From contig MU053652.1 of NCBI GenBank assembly GCA_013239625.1, positions 4,579,902 through 4,643,901 on the forward strand: a stretch of 64,000 nucleotides of DNA. The letters are read 5' to 3'. A model generated the notes under the pieces. The model worked only from the letters and a program-made list of their open reading frames with translations, did not search any database and had not been told where the DNA came from. The translations under genes were made by a program, and so were the position numbers. Numbering within the stretch: position 1 is the first letter of the stretch; the number at the start of each line of letters is the position of its first letter. The DNA is from Lama guanicoe (lineage: Eukaryota). This document shows positions 50,727-64,000 of the stretch, piece by piece.

Positions 50727-52494
50727 GTGTGAACCTGCTGTTTAAATTGTATGGCATCAATGTAAGGCATCGTTGGGAAAATGATGTGACCTCTTTCCTC
50801 AGAAAGTAATAAAACCATAGGACACTTGAGGGCCACTGCCCTCTGCTGGTCTGTGCACCATAGGGAGACCTGCAGGCCCACAGCTGAGATGAAAACATAC
50901 CTGCTCTTTCTCAGGAGCTGTGGAACGCCAACCACCTGCCTGTTTGTGGGATTGCTGCAGTACCACTAAGTCCCAGAAGGCGGCAGCATTATCTCAGCCC
51001 CAGACGGGTTTGACTCTCACCATCCTACCTACGTGCTTTGAAACAGTTGTGAACGTATACAGATTTTATTTATTTTTATTAGCCACTTTATATAATGCAT
51101 GAAGTAATTACAAACTCAATTAAAACCAGAATGACAGTGTAAAAACTGTAAAAGATATGAAAGCTAATTTTTACTTACCTAAACCTTTCTGGCAGTAGAC
51201 AATAGCCAAAAGTTTCTCTAGATTTCTTCTTTTTTTAAAGAACTTGTTTCTTTTATTGTGCTTTTGATTTATGACATTTCTTTTTGGTTCTTTGTTAGGA
51301 TTTCCACATGTCTGCTTATTTCTCATCTATTTTTCCATTATATATTATTACAAGAATGTAGTTTCCTGTGCTATTCAGTAGGTCCTTGTTGTTTACTATT
51401 TTTTATATAGCAATGTGTGTCTGTTAATCCCCAACTCCTAATTCTAAATTTATTTTTAATCACCATTTGGACTTTTGATAATTACATCTATATTCATAGT
51501 GGGCTTATATATATCAGCCACAAATTAGGTATGTGCACATAATGAAGACAATAACAATGAAATAGTTATTTCAGCAGTTAGAAGACAAAGCACTGGTTTT
51601 AACCAATGAAGAGTAACACTTCATTCTTTCACTCTGAACATAGCTCAGTGTCAAGGGAAATCAAGTCCCAGACCCCTAGAACCAGCTCTCTGCAGAGTCT
51701 TCATGAAAATGCACAGGATTTCTATTTAGCTCCAAGTATCATGATAATAATAGTTACCATTTATTAAGCAACTAATATGTGCTAGATGCTCCATTTACAA
51801 ACTATTCCTCATAGCACATTAACAGAAGGCATGATCATCCTCATTTTCCAGATGAAGAAACAACACAGAGAATTTCTGCCCATGGTCCAACAGCTGATAT
51901 GGGAGGAATGAGGGAGACCTCCTGTCTGCCAAGCTCATGGTGATCCACGACACTACTCAGCAGTTCTTGTTCCAGTAGCTTTGGCTTGGAGAGTCTCTGA
52001 GGTCTAGTCTGAGGCCTCAGGCAGGACTGTGTGGAGGAGGTGTCTTTACCCACAGCTTTCTGCTCCATCCCAATGAGCCCTATAGCTCTATAACCCTGGT
52101 GCTCAGAGGGTACCTGTCACCTACTCCCAGAATGAAGTCACAAATTTGTACCCATAGTCACAAATCAAAGGGAATTAGGGCATAGCTGGAATAACAATAT
52201 GACTCTGAGGGATGGAGTAGGGAGCAGAAGGGCTGGGTTTTCAATCTGTTGCTGGACCTTAATGGAAACCACATTTATAAGCCACGTAGGCTCTTCCTGA
52301 ATCCAGGAAAAAGGGAAGCAGGAAGGCTTGCCCGTGAGGTTGCAGGTCTCTGTACCCAGCCAAGGCTTTCTGGGGCAAATGTGAAACTCATGTTGAAAAT
52401 CTTGGATAAGAGTAACCTTAGAATAATGTGATGCTTTATATGAACCCCTTTCCATTTAGTGTTGCCCTGCACCTTCTAAATAATGAACCATTTT

Positions 52495-52865
52495 CTGTAA
52501 TACGGTAGGTATTAAAGCTGTTCAACAAATTTTTCCTCCTTTCTTCCTTCTGGCCACATGCTAGGATTGCATTGCCTGGTCCCTGGTCCCTAGTGCTTGA
52601 GTGCGACCAGTCTGGTGGAAGTGGAAGTGATACCATCACTTTAACTGCCTTTGTGAGCCCTTCCGAGCTCTCTTCTTCTCTGCCATGATAGTGTCTGCTC
52701 CATCAGCCTGAGTTTGGAGTGAGGAGAACATGAAGTAGAGGTCCCATCTGACCCACAGTGGATATGCAGAATAGATGAGAAAGAAACCTTTGTTATTTGA
52801 AGTTTCTAAGTGTTGAGTTTTGTTGTTTCTCTTACTGCAACACAACCTAGGCTATTCTGACTGGC
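52495..52865 (+). mobile_element. old MLT1 (I/J-like) LTR
   Basis: gagaaagaaacctttgttatttgaag...ttactgcaacacaacctaggctattctgact. Confidence 0.6.
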
Positions 52866-53022
52866 TGAATGTATTCACCAGCTACTTGCCCTGAGTCAAG
52901 GTGGAGAAATTGATTGTTTAAGGAGCAGTATGGGTAGAAGAAAAGGAATGGATTATAGAAACAGGTAGATTACAATTAAATATCAGCTCTGCCACTCACT
53001 ATATGTATGATTTTAAGCAAAA

Positions 53023-53144
53023 CTTTTTCTTTTGTTGGGGGGGATTTATTTATTTCATTTATTTTTAGAGGAGGTACCAGGGATTGAACCCAGGACCTTG
53101 TGTATGCTAAGCATACACTTTACCTTTTGAGCTATATCCTCCCC
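53023..53144 (-). mobile_element. vic-1-type SINE
   Basis: gaggtaccagggattgaacccaggaccttgtgtatgctaagc...gagctatatcctcccc. Confidence 0.88.
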
Positions 53145-53164
53145 TCTATGCAAATTTCAAAGCA

Positions 53165-54460
53165 CTTTTCATACATACTTATTAGAGTGGCAAAAAGACA
53201 AACAGGCAAAAACCCATGAACATACTAAATGCTAGCAAGGATACAAATCAGCCAGAACTGGGGATGCAAAATGGTATGGCTACCTTGGAAAACAGTTTAG
53301 CAGTTTCGTATAAAATTAAACAGCACCTGCTGTATATCTCATCAATCCCACTCCTACTTACCTAAGAGAAATGAAACCTTCGTGTTTATAGAAAAGCCTA
53401 TAGCCCTGGTCCCTTGGTATCCCCTGGGGACTGGTTCCAGGACCCTCAACAGATACCAAAACCCACGGAGTTTCAAGTCCCTTATATAAAATAGCGTAGT
53501 ATTTGCATATAACCTATGCACATCCTCCCAGATACTTTAAATCATTTCTAGATTACTTATAATACCCAATACAATGTAAATACCAGGTAAACAGTAGTAA
53601 ATACAATGTAAATGCTATGTAAATAGACTGCACCTGACAATTCAAGTTTTGCTTTGGGGAACTTTCTGGAATTATTTTTCCCAAATAGTTTCGATCCACA
53701 GTTGGCTGAATCCTGTGGCTACAGTAGTCCGACTGTCCGTGGATGTTTACAGAGGCGTTATTCATCACTGTCAAACGTCCTTCTGATGATGAGTGGACTT
53801 ACAACCTGTGGTTGAAGGAAGTACAGATATAGGTAACAAGCTGGATGAGTCTCAAATGCATTCTGCTAAGTAAAGAAGTCAGACTGGAAGGGCTACAAAG
53901 TGTATGATTCCACTTACAAGACATTCTGGAAAAAGCAAAGTTATAGAAACAGAAAAATAGATTAGAGGCTGCCAGGGACCGGGGCAGCAGGGGGGACAGT
54001 TGGCTACAGGGAAGCCATGGAAGCCAAAGGGCAGCAGGAAGCCATGGGAACTGTTGGATACCTTGATTTTGTTAGTGGTGACATAACTTTAGACATTGTC
54101 AAAACTCAGAACTGCCTAGCAAAGACAGTGAATTTTACTGTATGTAAATGTTTAAAGTGAATTAAAAGCTAGGCATGAAAGGCCACATGTTGCTTGATTT
54201 CATTTCTATGAAAAGTCCAGAATAGGCAAATTTATAGAGACAGAAAGGAGATTAGTGGTTGCCAGGGGCTGGTGGGAGGGAAGAATGTGGAGTGACTGTT
54301 AATGGGTGTGGGGTTTCTTTCTGGGGTGGGTGATAAAAATGTTCTGCAGTTAGATAGTGGTGATGGTTGTATAGCCTTGTGAATGCACGAAAAACCACTG
54401 AATTGTACACTTTAAAGTGCTGAACTTAACATGTGAATTGTATTTCAATAAAAAAATCAA
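53165..54460 (+). mobile_element. old L1M 3' fragments, interrupted by MER2
   Basis: ttggaaaacagtttagcagtt...tgtatgattccactta...gattagtggttgccagggg...tgaattgtatttcaataaaa. Confidence 0.75.
53404..53735. mobile_element. MER2-type TcMar-Tigger DNA transposon
   Basis: ggttccaggaccc...gataccaaaa...tttgcatataacctatgcacatcctcc...ctagattacttataatacc. Confidence 0.8.
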
Positions 54461-54772
54461 TTAAAAAATCCTTTCTCAGCCAGTTTCCTCAGCTAAAAAA
54501 TTAATCTTCCTACCTGACAGGTGGTTGTTGTAGCATAGTGTTACATATCGGATACTCAGTGAATGGTTGGCCCCTGCCAGGACCCTTGTTCTGGCTAAAT
54601 CCCTCTGAATGGTCTTGGAAAGACCATTTCACTTCACTGAGCCGCACGTTTCTCATCTGCAAAATGAAAGTTGGATCAGACAAACTCTCAGATCCCTCGC
54701 AGTCTGGCGAGGATGTCTATGACCCTCCTTGATTGATGGAACCACTAAGAATCAGAATGGGTTTGCTCAGTT

Positions 54773-54919
54773 CTTTTATTTATTTATTTTTGATCTTTTT
54801 GAGGCAGGGGAGGTAATTAGGTTTATTCATTTCTTTTTTTTATGGAGGTACTGGGGATTGAGCCCAGGACCCCGGGCATTCTAGGCATGCACTGTACCGC
54901 TGAGCAATACCCTCGCCCC
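54773..54919 (-). mobile_element. vic-1-type SINE
   Basis: ggaggtactggggattgagcccaggacc...ccgctgagcaataccctcgcccc. Confidence 0.88.
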
Positions 54920-57900
54920 AGCATTTGTGTAGTTCTTGACATTTTTCAAAGCACTTTCAAGTAACTTACTTCACTGATTCCCTCACCTAGCATTTAATAT
55001 ATTCCATCACAATGACAATCAAACTTCAGAATGACAAATAATGAATTAGCAGGAAGCAGAGGCCGAGGTGTGATGGGCCGGGGAGTGGACACACACTTAT
55101 GCCGGGAGGCCCCGGTTCAGAGTGGTTGCAGACGCTCCCATGTGCTCTTGATGTTATGAGCACACTGCCCAAGGCTGGGGCCAGGGGCCAGGGCCTCGCC
55201 CCCATGCTCGCCCCCCCCAGGGAGATGATGGCCCAGCTGCCTGTGTGCTCTGTGGACTTCTCACAGACACGCCATTCCACAGCTCCTCCCCCAGCTGGCT
55301 ATGGTGTCTAGACGCCACAGAAATCCACTCTGTTGCAGGTTAGTGGTGATACAAGCTTTCCAAACCCCTTCCTAAACGTGCTCTCAGTCTTGGGAGAGCT
55401 CTTTTTGGTATTGTTGGCTGGAAACGAAGCAGGACATTTTCTCCCAGCATTTTAGGACTGCAGGTATGATTCCCTTTTTACATTCTTTGGTGTGTATCGA
55501 GGGTTCCACAGCTCCCCTGAGGGATAGAATGAAGTCTGTGTAGGAGCTTCTATAATGGCACGGTGACAGGAAGGAGAGAGGAGCAATGAAGGGGGCAGGA
55601 CATCCCAACTCGATCTCAACTGGCCTGGGGCTATCAGGCCACCTTTGTAGCCCTAGTGGGGAGACACATTGTCTCCCCATCTCACCCCCAAGCTGCTCTG
55701 TCTGGGACTCTGGTGCCTTAGCCCTCCCGAGTGGCTCTGAGCTGAGCTGCAGATGCACCTAAGGGAGGGGATGACAGTGCTGTGGATACAGGGCCTGCCT
55801 GCCCGTAACCAGGTGAGGCTGAAGCCTTTGAGGGGCCCTGGAGATTTGCCAAGAGGCTCAAGTCTCCAGTAGGGAGCCCTGGGCTGCTGTCACCCTGAGG
55901 ACAGAGCTGGGGTCAGAGCTGGAGCACTTGGGAGGAAGGGTGGAAACAGGAGAGCAGATAATTCCTCTCCAAGCATTCCCTCAGAGTGTCCCAGGCCAGT
56001 GAGTGGGGAGGGGGGGTTGGCAGGAGGGAGCACAGACCATGGGAACCAGCAGGGTCTCAAGGCCTGGACACAGGGTAGGGAGGTGACACTCCCAGATGTG
56101 CCCTTGGATGTATTAGGCAAGGGGGAGACCATGCCTGGGGGTGGAGAGAGGCTCAGGGAAGTGAAGTGGGCCTGGGGCTACCACTCCTGTGCCTGGGCCG
56201 TCCTCCTCGTCTCTCCCCCTCCAATATCCAGGCCTTCACCCCAAGGAGGAGGTGGAGGCCCCATTCACCTCTCTCTCCCTGCCCTCTGTTCCACTGGCCT
56301 GCTGTGACCTGGCAGGAGGCAAGAGGCAGGGGCCAGGCAGGTAGGGAGGGCAGGTGAGGCCCTTTCCAAACTTGGGGCCCATCTGCCCTCCCTCCCTGGA
56401 TGGGAACATTGTCACCAATGCCTTTGGTTCCCTCAGGGCACCCTGGGAACTGACAAGCACCCACAGTAGCCACACCCGAGGCCAGGCAATGCAGTGACCA
56501 GGGTGGGAGCCTGCTCTGGTGCCCTGGGCCCACACTGGCACCACCAGGGCCCTGCGTCCCTCTGCTTTCAAGCTCCGGGCAAGAGGCAAGTGTGGGTTGG
56601 GGTGAAGGCCGGGGTTTGTTGTGGCTGTGATAATGTCAGGGCCTCCCAGGCAAAAGAAAAGTGCAGTTTGCACATTGCTTACATTTTTCTTATGCAGCCA
56701 GGCTGGGAAATGGTTGGAAATAAAAACGTGGGAGGGTGGACAGATTGTCCTCAAAGACAGGATTTTGGTGCCACCCGTGCCCCGATGGGTGAGGGGAAGG
56801 GCATCTCAGTGGCGATCCAGTGCAGAGGGTGCTGTGGGCCTGGGCACAAGGAATTGCTGTGGTCTTAGCATAGATGTTTCCTGGACCAGTGACCTCCACC
56901 CACAACCCCACTCCATGCATGACCAGAATATCATCCTCACTAGAGATGTAAAAGCAATCAATCAAGAGCTGGGTGACACATGGCAAAGCTCTCAAGCTAT
57001 TTATGCCAAGAGGGAGAAGTGCTATGAGGCTGGCACCCGCTTCTTCCCATCAGCCCCATCCTAGGATGTGGGTGGCTGGCAGGGGTGGGAGTGAGATCCA
57101 GGTTTGGGGCTCTGCTTCCCCTAGGACCTCTAATTTCTAATCGCCAGGGCTGTTTCTTCTGCCCTGACCTCATCTGCCTCCTCCTCAGTGTTTAGGGCAC
57201 AGGTGGATGACTCCTCTGCCCCTGTCAATCTGGTTGATGCTTTGCCCAAGTCCCAGGCCCTAGAGCATCTCAACTGGCCTAGAACACTTGCCCTTTGTTC
57301 TCCTTTCCACCCTTTTTTGACCCTACTCCCAGAAACTTTGCCTCCGGGTCCCTTCTTCCCTAAATGTAGACTGGAGACGAGAGATTCCAGGCAGTCAGAA
57401 CAGACATAGGAACGGGGTTCGCGAAAGTTCCCCAGGACCCTGGACCCTCCCTCCTCAAACTGGCATCAGCCTTTGTCCTCTTGGCACTTTTGCCTGCGTT
57501 TCCTTAGAGGGTCTGAGTTGGAGACTTCTGGTTCTCCCTTTTCCTCCGCCAGGTGAGATTTTTCTCCCCATTTCACCTGCTCTGACAACACTGAAGACCT
57601 ACTTGTCCCTGCTCCTCCTCCCCTGACTCTCTGGGTACACGGGCTCTTTTGTTCATGGTGACCTCACGACCATACCACAGCAAGCCAGAGCTCTGTTTCT
57701 ATTGAGCATCTGTTCCCTTAGCTAGTTTGTTGACTGACAATTAATTTTGTTTTTGTGTTCTCTAGAATGTGATTCCATTTTCTACCAGCCTTTCTCCATT
57801 TCTGGCTTGAGAGGTGTGTGAGCATGTGTTAGTGTGTGTGTGTGTGTGTGTGTTTAAATTTCTATGGAGTGTCCTTTCAAATAAAGAGGCTGTGGTGTTC

Positions 57901-59466
57901 AAGAGTAGGACAGCTGGATTCAGGACTGAAGGAAGTTTTTGTATGGGTGATGCCCCTGGTGGCAGATACTTGTGCAGGGTGGGGCCATGGCTCAGGGGAG
58001 GTGGACTACAGTGGAGAAAGCCCAGGGCCTGAGCAACAGGAAGACTGGCTTCTTCCCCAGCTCAGGGGCCATCACAGGATCCATTTTCAAGCTTTCTGTG
58101 CTTTGGTTTCTTCATCCGTCACATGGAGATGTGACATCACTTGCCTGACCCAACCCGCAGACTGTGGAGTGGAGATAAGTCTCCATCCAGAACGGCCTGC
58201 TCACTGTCCTGGAAACCTCCTAGCTCACCTCACCTAAACACTTTCGCCCATGCAACAGTCCTTCCTTGGAACATCCCCTCCAAGTCCCCTTCCTTCCTAA
58301 ATCCTAACTCCTTCAAAGACCCAGGCAGGTCCTTTTTTCTCTGTGAAATCTTCCCTGATTACTTTAGCTATAGCACTGGGTCTCTTCCTGCAACTTCTAT
58401 AAACATTTATAGTTGGCATTACCAACAAGCACATAATTGCTTTATAGAGCTAAGTTACACTTTGCTGGGATGAAGATATTCATACCTGCTACTAAAAGGT
58501 CAGTCTACTCTCTTCCCACAGTCAAGTCTTAAGGAACAATTGTTGGCAAAGGAGCTTTGCTATGTCAACTGCAGAAATTTTGTTACAATAAATGGAACCC
58601 ATGACAAAAATATCTCCAAGCTAAACTCCAGTTATTTCAAGTGATACTTAGATCAAAATCTGAATCACAAAATATCTTTTAAAGTCCACTGCAATGGGCT
58701 ATATACCTTGTATTAGATTCTCTGCTTATGGTGTCAAGTTCTGTACGAGGGAAGAGAAGATAAGAACTACTAGAAAGATATTTAAAGGCTCAGTGTTGGA
58801 GTAAACAGGCCCAGGGTCTTACCTGGGCCCCACCAATCATCACTTTCTGCTGGTAGATAAGCTGCTTAACCTTTCTTAGCCTCAGTTTCCTTGCCTGAGA
58901 AATAATAAACAATGGGAAGCAGGATTAAAGAGAAGAGTATGCAAAGTATCTCTCCTTGTGTCTGGTGCATATATAATGTTGGTCATCTTCTCCCCAACTT
59001 TAGATTTGGTCTCATATTGTAGTTATCCTTGCTTTTTCTACCCTCCTATGTTGTAAATAACTCAAGGGCAAGAGCTGTATCTAACTCCTCTTTGCACCCC
59101 TAAGCACAGCACCTTGCCCATTGGAGGTGCTCCATATATTTTTGATGAATAGACTATGCATCTGACATCAGGAAGTCTGGAAGGTAAGGGACTGCCGATA
59201 GATTAGCACCTGGACCAACCACCATCCCTAAGTCTTTTAGCCCCATGTTAATTGCATTCTAATCCTATAGATGTAGTTGATTCATATATTTTCTTTCAAG
59301 CTGGAAAAGACTTTCTACAAGATCTAAACTCTCATTTCTCAGATGAGGAGGCCCAGGGAGGATACATAGCTCTTTCACATGCAAAAAACTAAAACAGTCC
59401 ATTGTCCTGTGGTTTTAGGAAAATTAAGTAGTTTTTCTTTAGTTTCTTCAAATAATTCCTCTGGAC

Positions 59467-59641
59467 CAGGATCTCTCAATAGCAGCACTACTGACATTGA
59501 GACTGGATGATTGTTGTGAAGGTCTGTCCTGAGCACTGTAGGATGGCCTTTACCCACTAGACACCAGTATACACCCCTTCTCTCCTTAGTCATGACATTT
59601 AAAAATGTCCCTAGACATCACAAATGTCCTGAGATCCACTG
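59467..59641. mobile_element. MER20-type hAT-Charlie remnant
   Basis: tctcaatagcagcactactgacatt...ctgtcctgagcactgtaggatg...aaaatgtccctagacatcacaaatgtcc. Confidence 0.7.
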
Positions 59642-60578
59642 ATCTAGACATTACTACAGCTAAAATCCCTTCATATAACACACTGTTTTAATGAATAGTT
59701 TGCTGGCAAATCTCATTTGTAGCCAATAAGCCCTGGAGAAAAGACAGAGCCACTCTGTAGTGAGCCTGCCCGGGTCTCAGTCACTGTTGGGATCCACTCA
59801 TCACGTATCTATGCATCATTTATTTATCATATTCTGTCTACTCCCAGAGGCCTTTGAAGTGAACCTTGACTCATTTCTTTCTCAGAATGACTGGCTTTGC
59901 TCTGTGTGCAGCCCAGGAGTCTGGGCTCTACGGAGGGGTGTCCTCCCGTATCCGGGCCCTTCTCACGTTGTACTCTCACTACCTGTTTGTCTTTGCCCCT
60001 GTGGACATTAAGGCCCAAGGCAGCAGAGACAATGACTATCTTGTTCCCAGCATCTAGCTGGCACATGAGAGGGGCCCATAAACATTTGTTGATTGAATAT
60101 GAAATAGTGATTATAATATATTGCATTTAGTTGTCGGTCAAAAGTGTGTAAGTTAGCCACAGCTTATTTAGTTTATAATAATTATTACTTCTGTTTATTA
60201 AGAGCCTACTGTGAGCCAGGAACTTTCCCTGTGTTATCATACCAATGGCAAAGCAACCTTATGAGATAGATATTATAACCCCATATGAAAGATGAGGAAA
60301 CCAAGGCTCAGAGAGAGATTATGACTTGGGTGATTATATAGTAAGAAGCCCAGATTTGGGCTGAGGCTCACCTAACTGCCAGTCTTAGTCCTCTTTAATG
60401 TACTACCTCTCCTATTTACAGTCATAAACCTGGGTGCTGGCTCTTTCTGTGTACAGAATAATTGGTTCACAAATAGGGACCAGAAAAATGACTTTATTAT
60501 TGTATACAGTTTAGATCAGTCCATCCTTGCTCTGTGAGAGACCTGCAAGGACATGATCATTATCTTGTTATACAAAAC

Positions 60579-60921
60579 TGTCTTGGTCCATTCAGGCTGC
60601 TATAACAAAAAGTACCATAGACTGGCTTAAACAACAAATGTTTATTTCTCACAGTCTGGAAGCTGATAAGTCCACGATCAAGGCACTGGCAGTTTTGATG
60701 TCCAGTGAGAGCTCATTTCCTGGTTCATAGAGGCTGTGTCCTTTCATGCCAGAAGGAATGAGAGAGCTCTATGGGGTCTCTTTAATAAGGGCACTAATCC
60801 CATTCATGAGGGCTCCACCCTCATGACCTAATCATATCCCAAATGTTCCACTTTCAAACACCATCACACTGGGGATTAGGTTTCAATGCATGACTTTTGA
60901 GGAAACACTCAGTCTATAGCA
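60579..60921 (-). mobile_element. MLT1A-type MaLR solo LTR
   Basis: tgtcttggtccattcaggctgctataacaaaa...ataagggcactaatcccattcatgagggctccaccctcatgacctaatca...cagtctatagca. Confidence 0.88.
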
Positions 60922-61599
60922 AAAATAATTGTGTATAATGGCATTCACAGTGACAAGATTTCACGTGTGGCTAATCATCAAAGAAACTGTGTTTTGACCT
61001 TGAATCTGTGGAGAGGGTGTGTACATGTATAGGAAAAGGTAGAAGGCAGGATAAAATTCAAGATTTTACCATTGCATAAATTCAATTTCCTTTGTGAAGT
61101 AGTTGCTGGAAAATCTGACCCTTAACTCTGCCTCCATGAAATGCATCTTAGCCTGCAGTTCTTCATTGCTTACCATTTGCTCCCTTAGACTGTCAGATTT
61201 TTGTTTAAAAAATATAGTATAAAAATTGTCAATTGTTTATTTTCTATCTACTCTCTCCTTAAAGAAACTGCCTGAGAGCAAGGACTCTTACTTTTCCTTG
61301 CCACATTTGCTAGGTGCTAAATCATTGTTGCCAATGATAACAACAATAATGAAAGAGGAAAAAGTATACTTTCTAGTAGACGAATAAGTTTAAGCACCTG
61401 TGTGCTCAGCCCCACTCCCTGGTAATGGGGTACCCCAGGAGAGGGAAGACAAGGCCCTTATCCTTAAGGAGCCTGCAGCCTTATCTGCTCCTTCCTCAGG
61501 CAGTGGCCGGTAGGGGCTGAAGAAAAATCTGTTTTCCTGTCTAAGGGAGTCTGTTGAACAGGCAAAGGGTGGGGTAGGCTAAGGAAGATGGATAATCTT

Positions 61600-62400
<801 letters not shown>

Positions 62401-62623
62401 GCCACGTACCCTGCTTTGGTTGGGGGATGCAAATGGGCACTGTGCAAAGGGTTCAGTGCTTCGCTGCATTTGGGAGCAGGTCGGAAAAAACGATCCCTAA
62501 AATCTTAGCCCTGGATCTGACGTCAGCTACACACCAGATAACACCTGGTCCAAGTGGCTCCAACTCCTGGGATTCAAAATGTGCCTGTTGGAGTCCATGT
62601 CCAACTTTGCTTACTCCTCCTAG

Positions 62624-62704
62624 CCGTTTCCTCCTAGAACTATCCATCTTCAGAGTCTCAGTGGCAGGTGTAGGTGTCCAGATGGACTGCCTCCTCAGAG
62701 CCGG
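62624..62704 (+). CDS. IMPDH1: IMPDH1 alternative in-frame exon (81 nt, phase 2-2)
   Basis: Acceptor CTCCTCCTAG|C; reads [26 protein letters not shown], similar to the recalled [23 protein letters not shown]; donor GG|GTGAGG. Keeps frame with exon 1. Confidence 0.75.
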
Positions 62705-64000
62705 GTGAGGACACCATCCCCTCCTCACCAGTCACTGAAGTCTGATGAGGCTGCCAGTGCAGTTCACCCTAGGGTCTCTCCTAAGATTCAGAACCCACTT
62801 CTGCCCTTACTCTGCTGGAGTCTGTAAGGGTCACAGGAGGAAGAGTGGGGGTGTTGAGCTGGGCCCCAGGGGACTGGCTGAAAAGAAGACAGTGGCTAAT
62901 CTCTGGATTGTATCGCAGCTTGAAATGCAATCCCACTGTCCTTCCGGTCCAGAGGATTTGGGCTTCTTTTTCTGCCCCATCTGTTGGTGTTCAGCAGCCT
63001 GGAGAGGTGACCTGGAAGCTGGGTTTGGGGTTCGGTGGAGGTGGGGGGGTCTGCCGGAATTAGCTCTGCAGCTCTGCCCAGGGGCTGGCTGCTTATGTAA
63101 GAACTTTTAACGGCTTAAGAGGCTGCTAGGTGAAGCCTGGCCTCTCCTGCCCCCGCAGGCTGTCTCTCTAGAATTGACTTAATTTCAGGCAACTCTATCT
63201 TTCTTCCCACCCAGAAATCCAACTACTGGGGCTCAGGGTAGATAGACGATAGAGAGGCCACAGGAGGTGAGGGAGTGTGCTGGGGCACATAGGGGCTTGA
63301 AGGAGGCAGTGCCTTGGTTGGAGCAGGTATTGCACAAGTACCATTTCAGAGTTCAGATCAGGGCCGGCAGAGGCATCCCTTCTCCAGATTGTACTTCTGC
63401 ACTGAGGGGCTATCTCCACCCTACCAGCCTGTGTAAAACCTGACACCCAGCCAGGTGGTGTAGTGAGATTCAAAACCTGCTGCCTAGACCTCCATCTGCC
63501 CTCACTAGCTTAGAGCTGTGGGAAGAGGACAAGGTATCATGAGAAGTCTGAGTTTGAGGCCAGAGTTATTGCTCTCTGGCCTGAACCTGGGAAAACTATG
63601 TCCCCTATCCCAGCTCAACAATGTCAGGGTTATTACCCACTCCCCGCCAACTCCCCCCTCAAAGGTGTTTTGAAATCTTGTCCCTTCAAATAGCCCAGAC
63701 TAGAAACAGACCTCTGGGCTCCCTGTCGGGACCTTGGTCCCCAGCTAGTCACTGTTTCCCCTCTATCCTGAGGAAGGGGCCTAAAGGGGCTTGGACCTAC
63801 TCTCTCGCCCTGCTGCCCTCACAGCTGCTAGGTGGGGAGCCTCAGGGGACCCACAGCCCTTCCTTGAGCTGAGGAGTCCCTCTGGTTGCCTGGTGTCTCC
63901 TCCCCATGGAGGAAGCAGCTGGGGAAGATCAGGAAAAGGGAGGAGGAAAGCGGGGGTGGGGGGTGGAGGGTGGGGGGTGGATTAACAGTCTCCGGAAAAG

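Noticed and set aside
55890..57064. Cluster of overlapping 80-172-aa ORFs
   Set aside because: The region is GC-rich intergenic DNA with ORFs on both strands, no recognisable domain and no consistent splice structure.

Overview
This is mammalian genomic DNA, most likely a camelid, judging by its vic-1-type tRNA-derived SINEs. It covers the GARIN1A(FAM71F2)-HILPDA-IMPDH1 block. Genes: the complete five-exon GARIN1A coding region (- strand, ~2.3-12.6 kb), the two-exon HILPDA gene (- strand, ~22.5-24.4 kb, with TATA box, HRE cluster and a DR1/PPRE ~1.2 kb upstream), and the CpG-island promoter plus the first two upstream coding exons of the long IMPDH1 isoform (+ strand, from 62080; the catalytic exons lie beyond the window). 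The remainder is mostly SINE, L1, LTR and DNA-transposon remnants. Most notable: (i) a 1-bp frameshift giving HILPDA a new 19-aa C-terminus; (ii) an in-frame TAG in the last GARIN1A exon, 38 codons before the ancestral stop; (iii) two copies of one ERV1 family that both end in poly(A) 13 nt after the LTR AATAAA, one with a 14-bp TSD, i.e. apparently mobilised by L1 rather than integrase; (iv) an 81-bp inverted copy of GARIN1A upstream sequence inside a MER63-type transposon; (v) an orphan CpG island at ~43 kb. Ortholog comparisons and repeat family names are from recall, not database searches.
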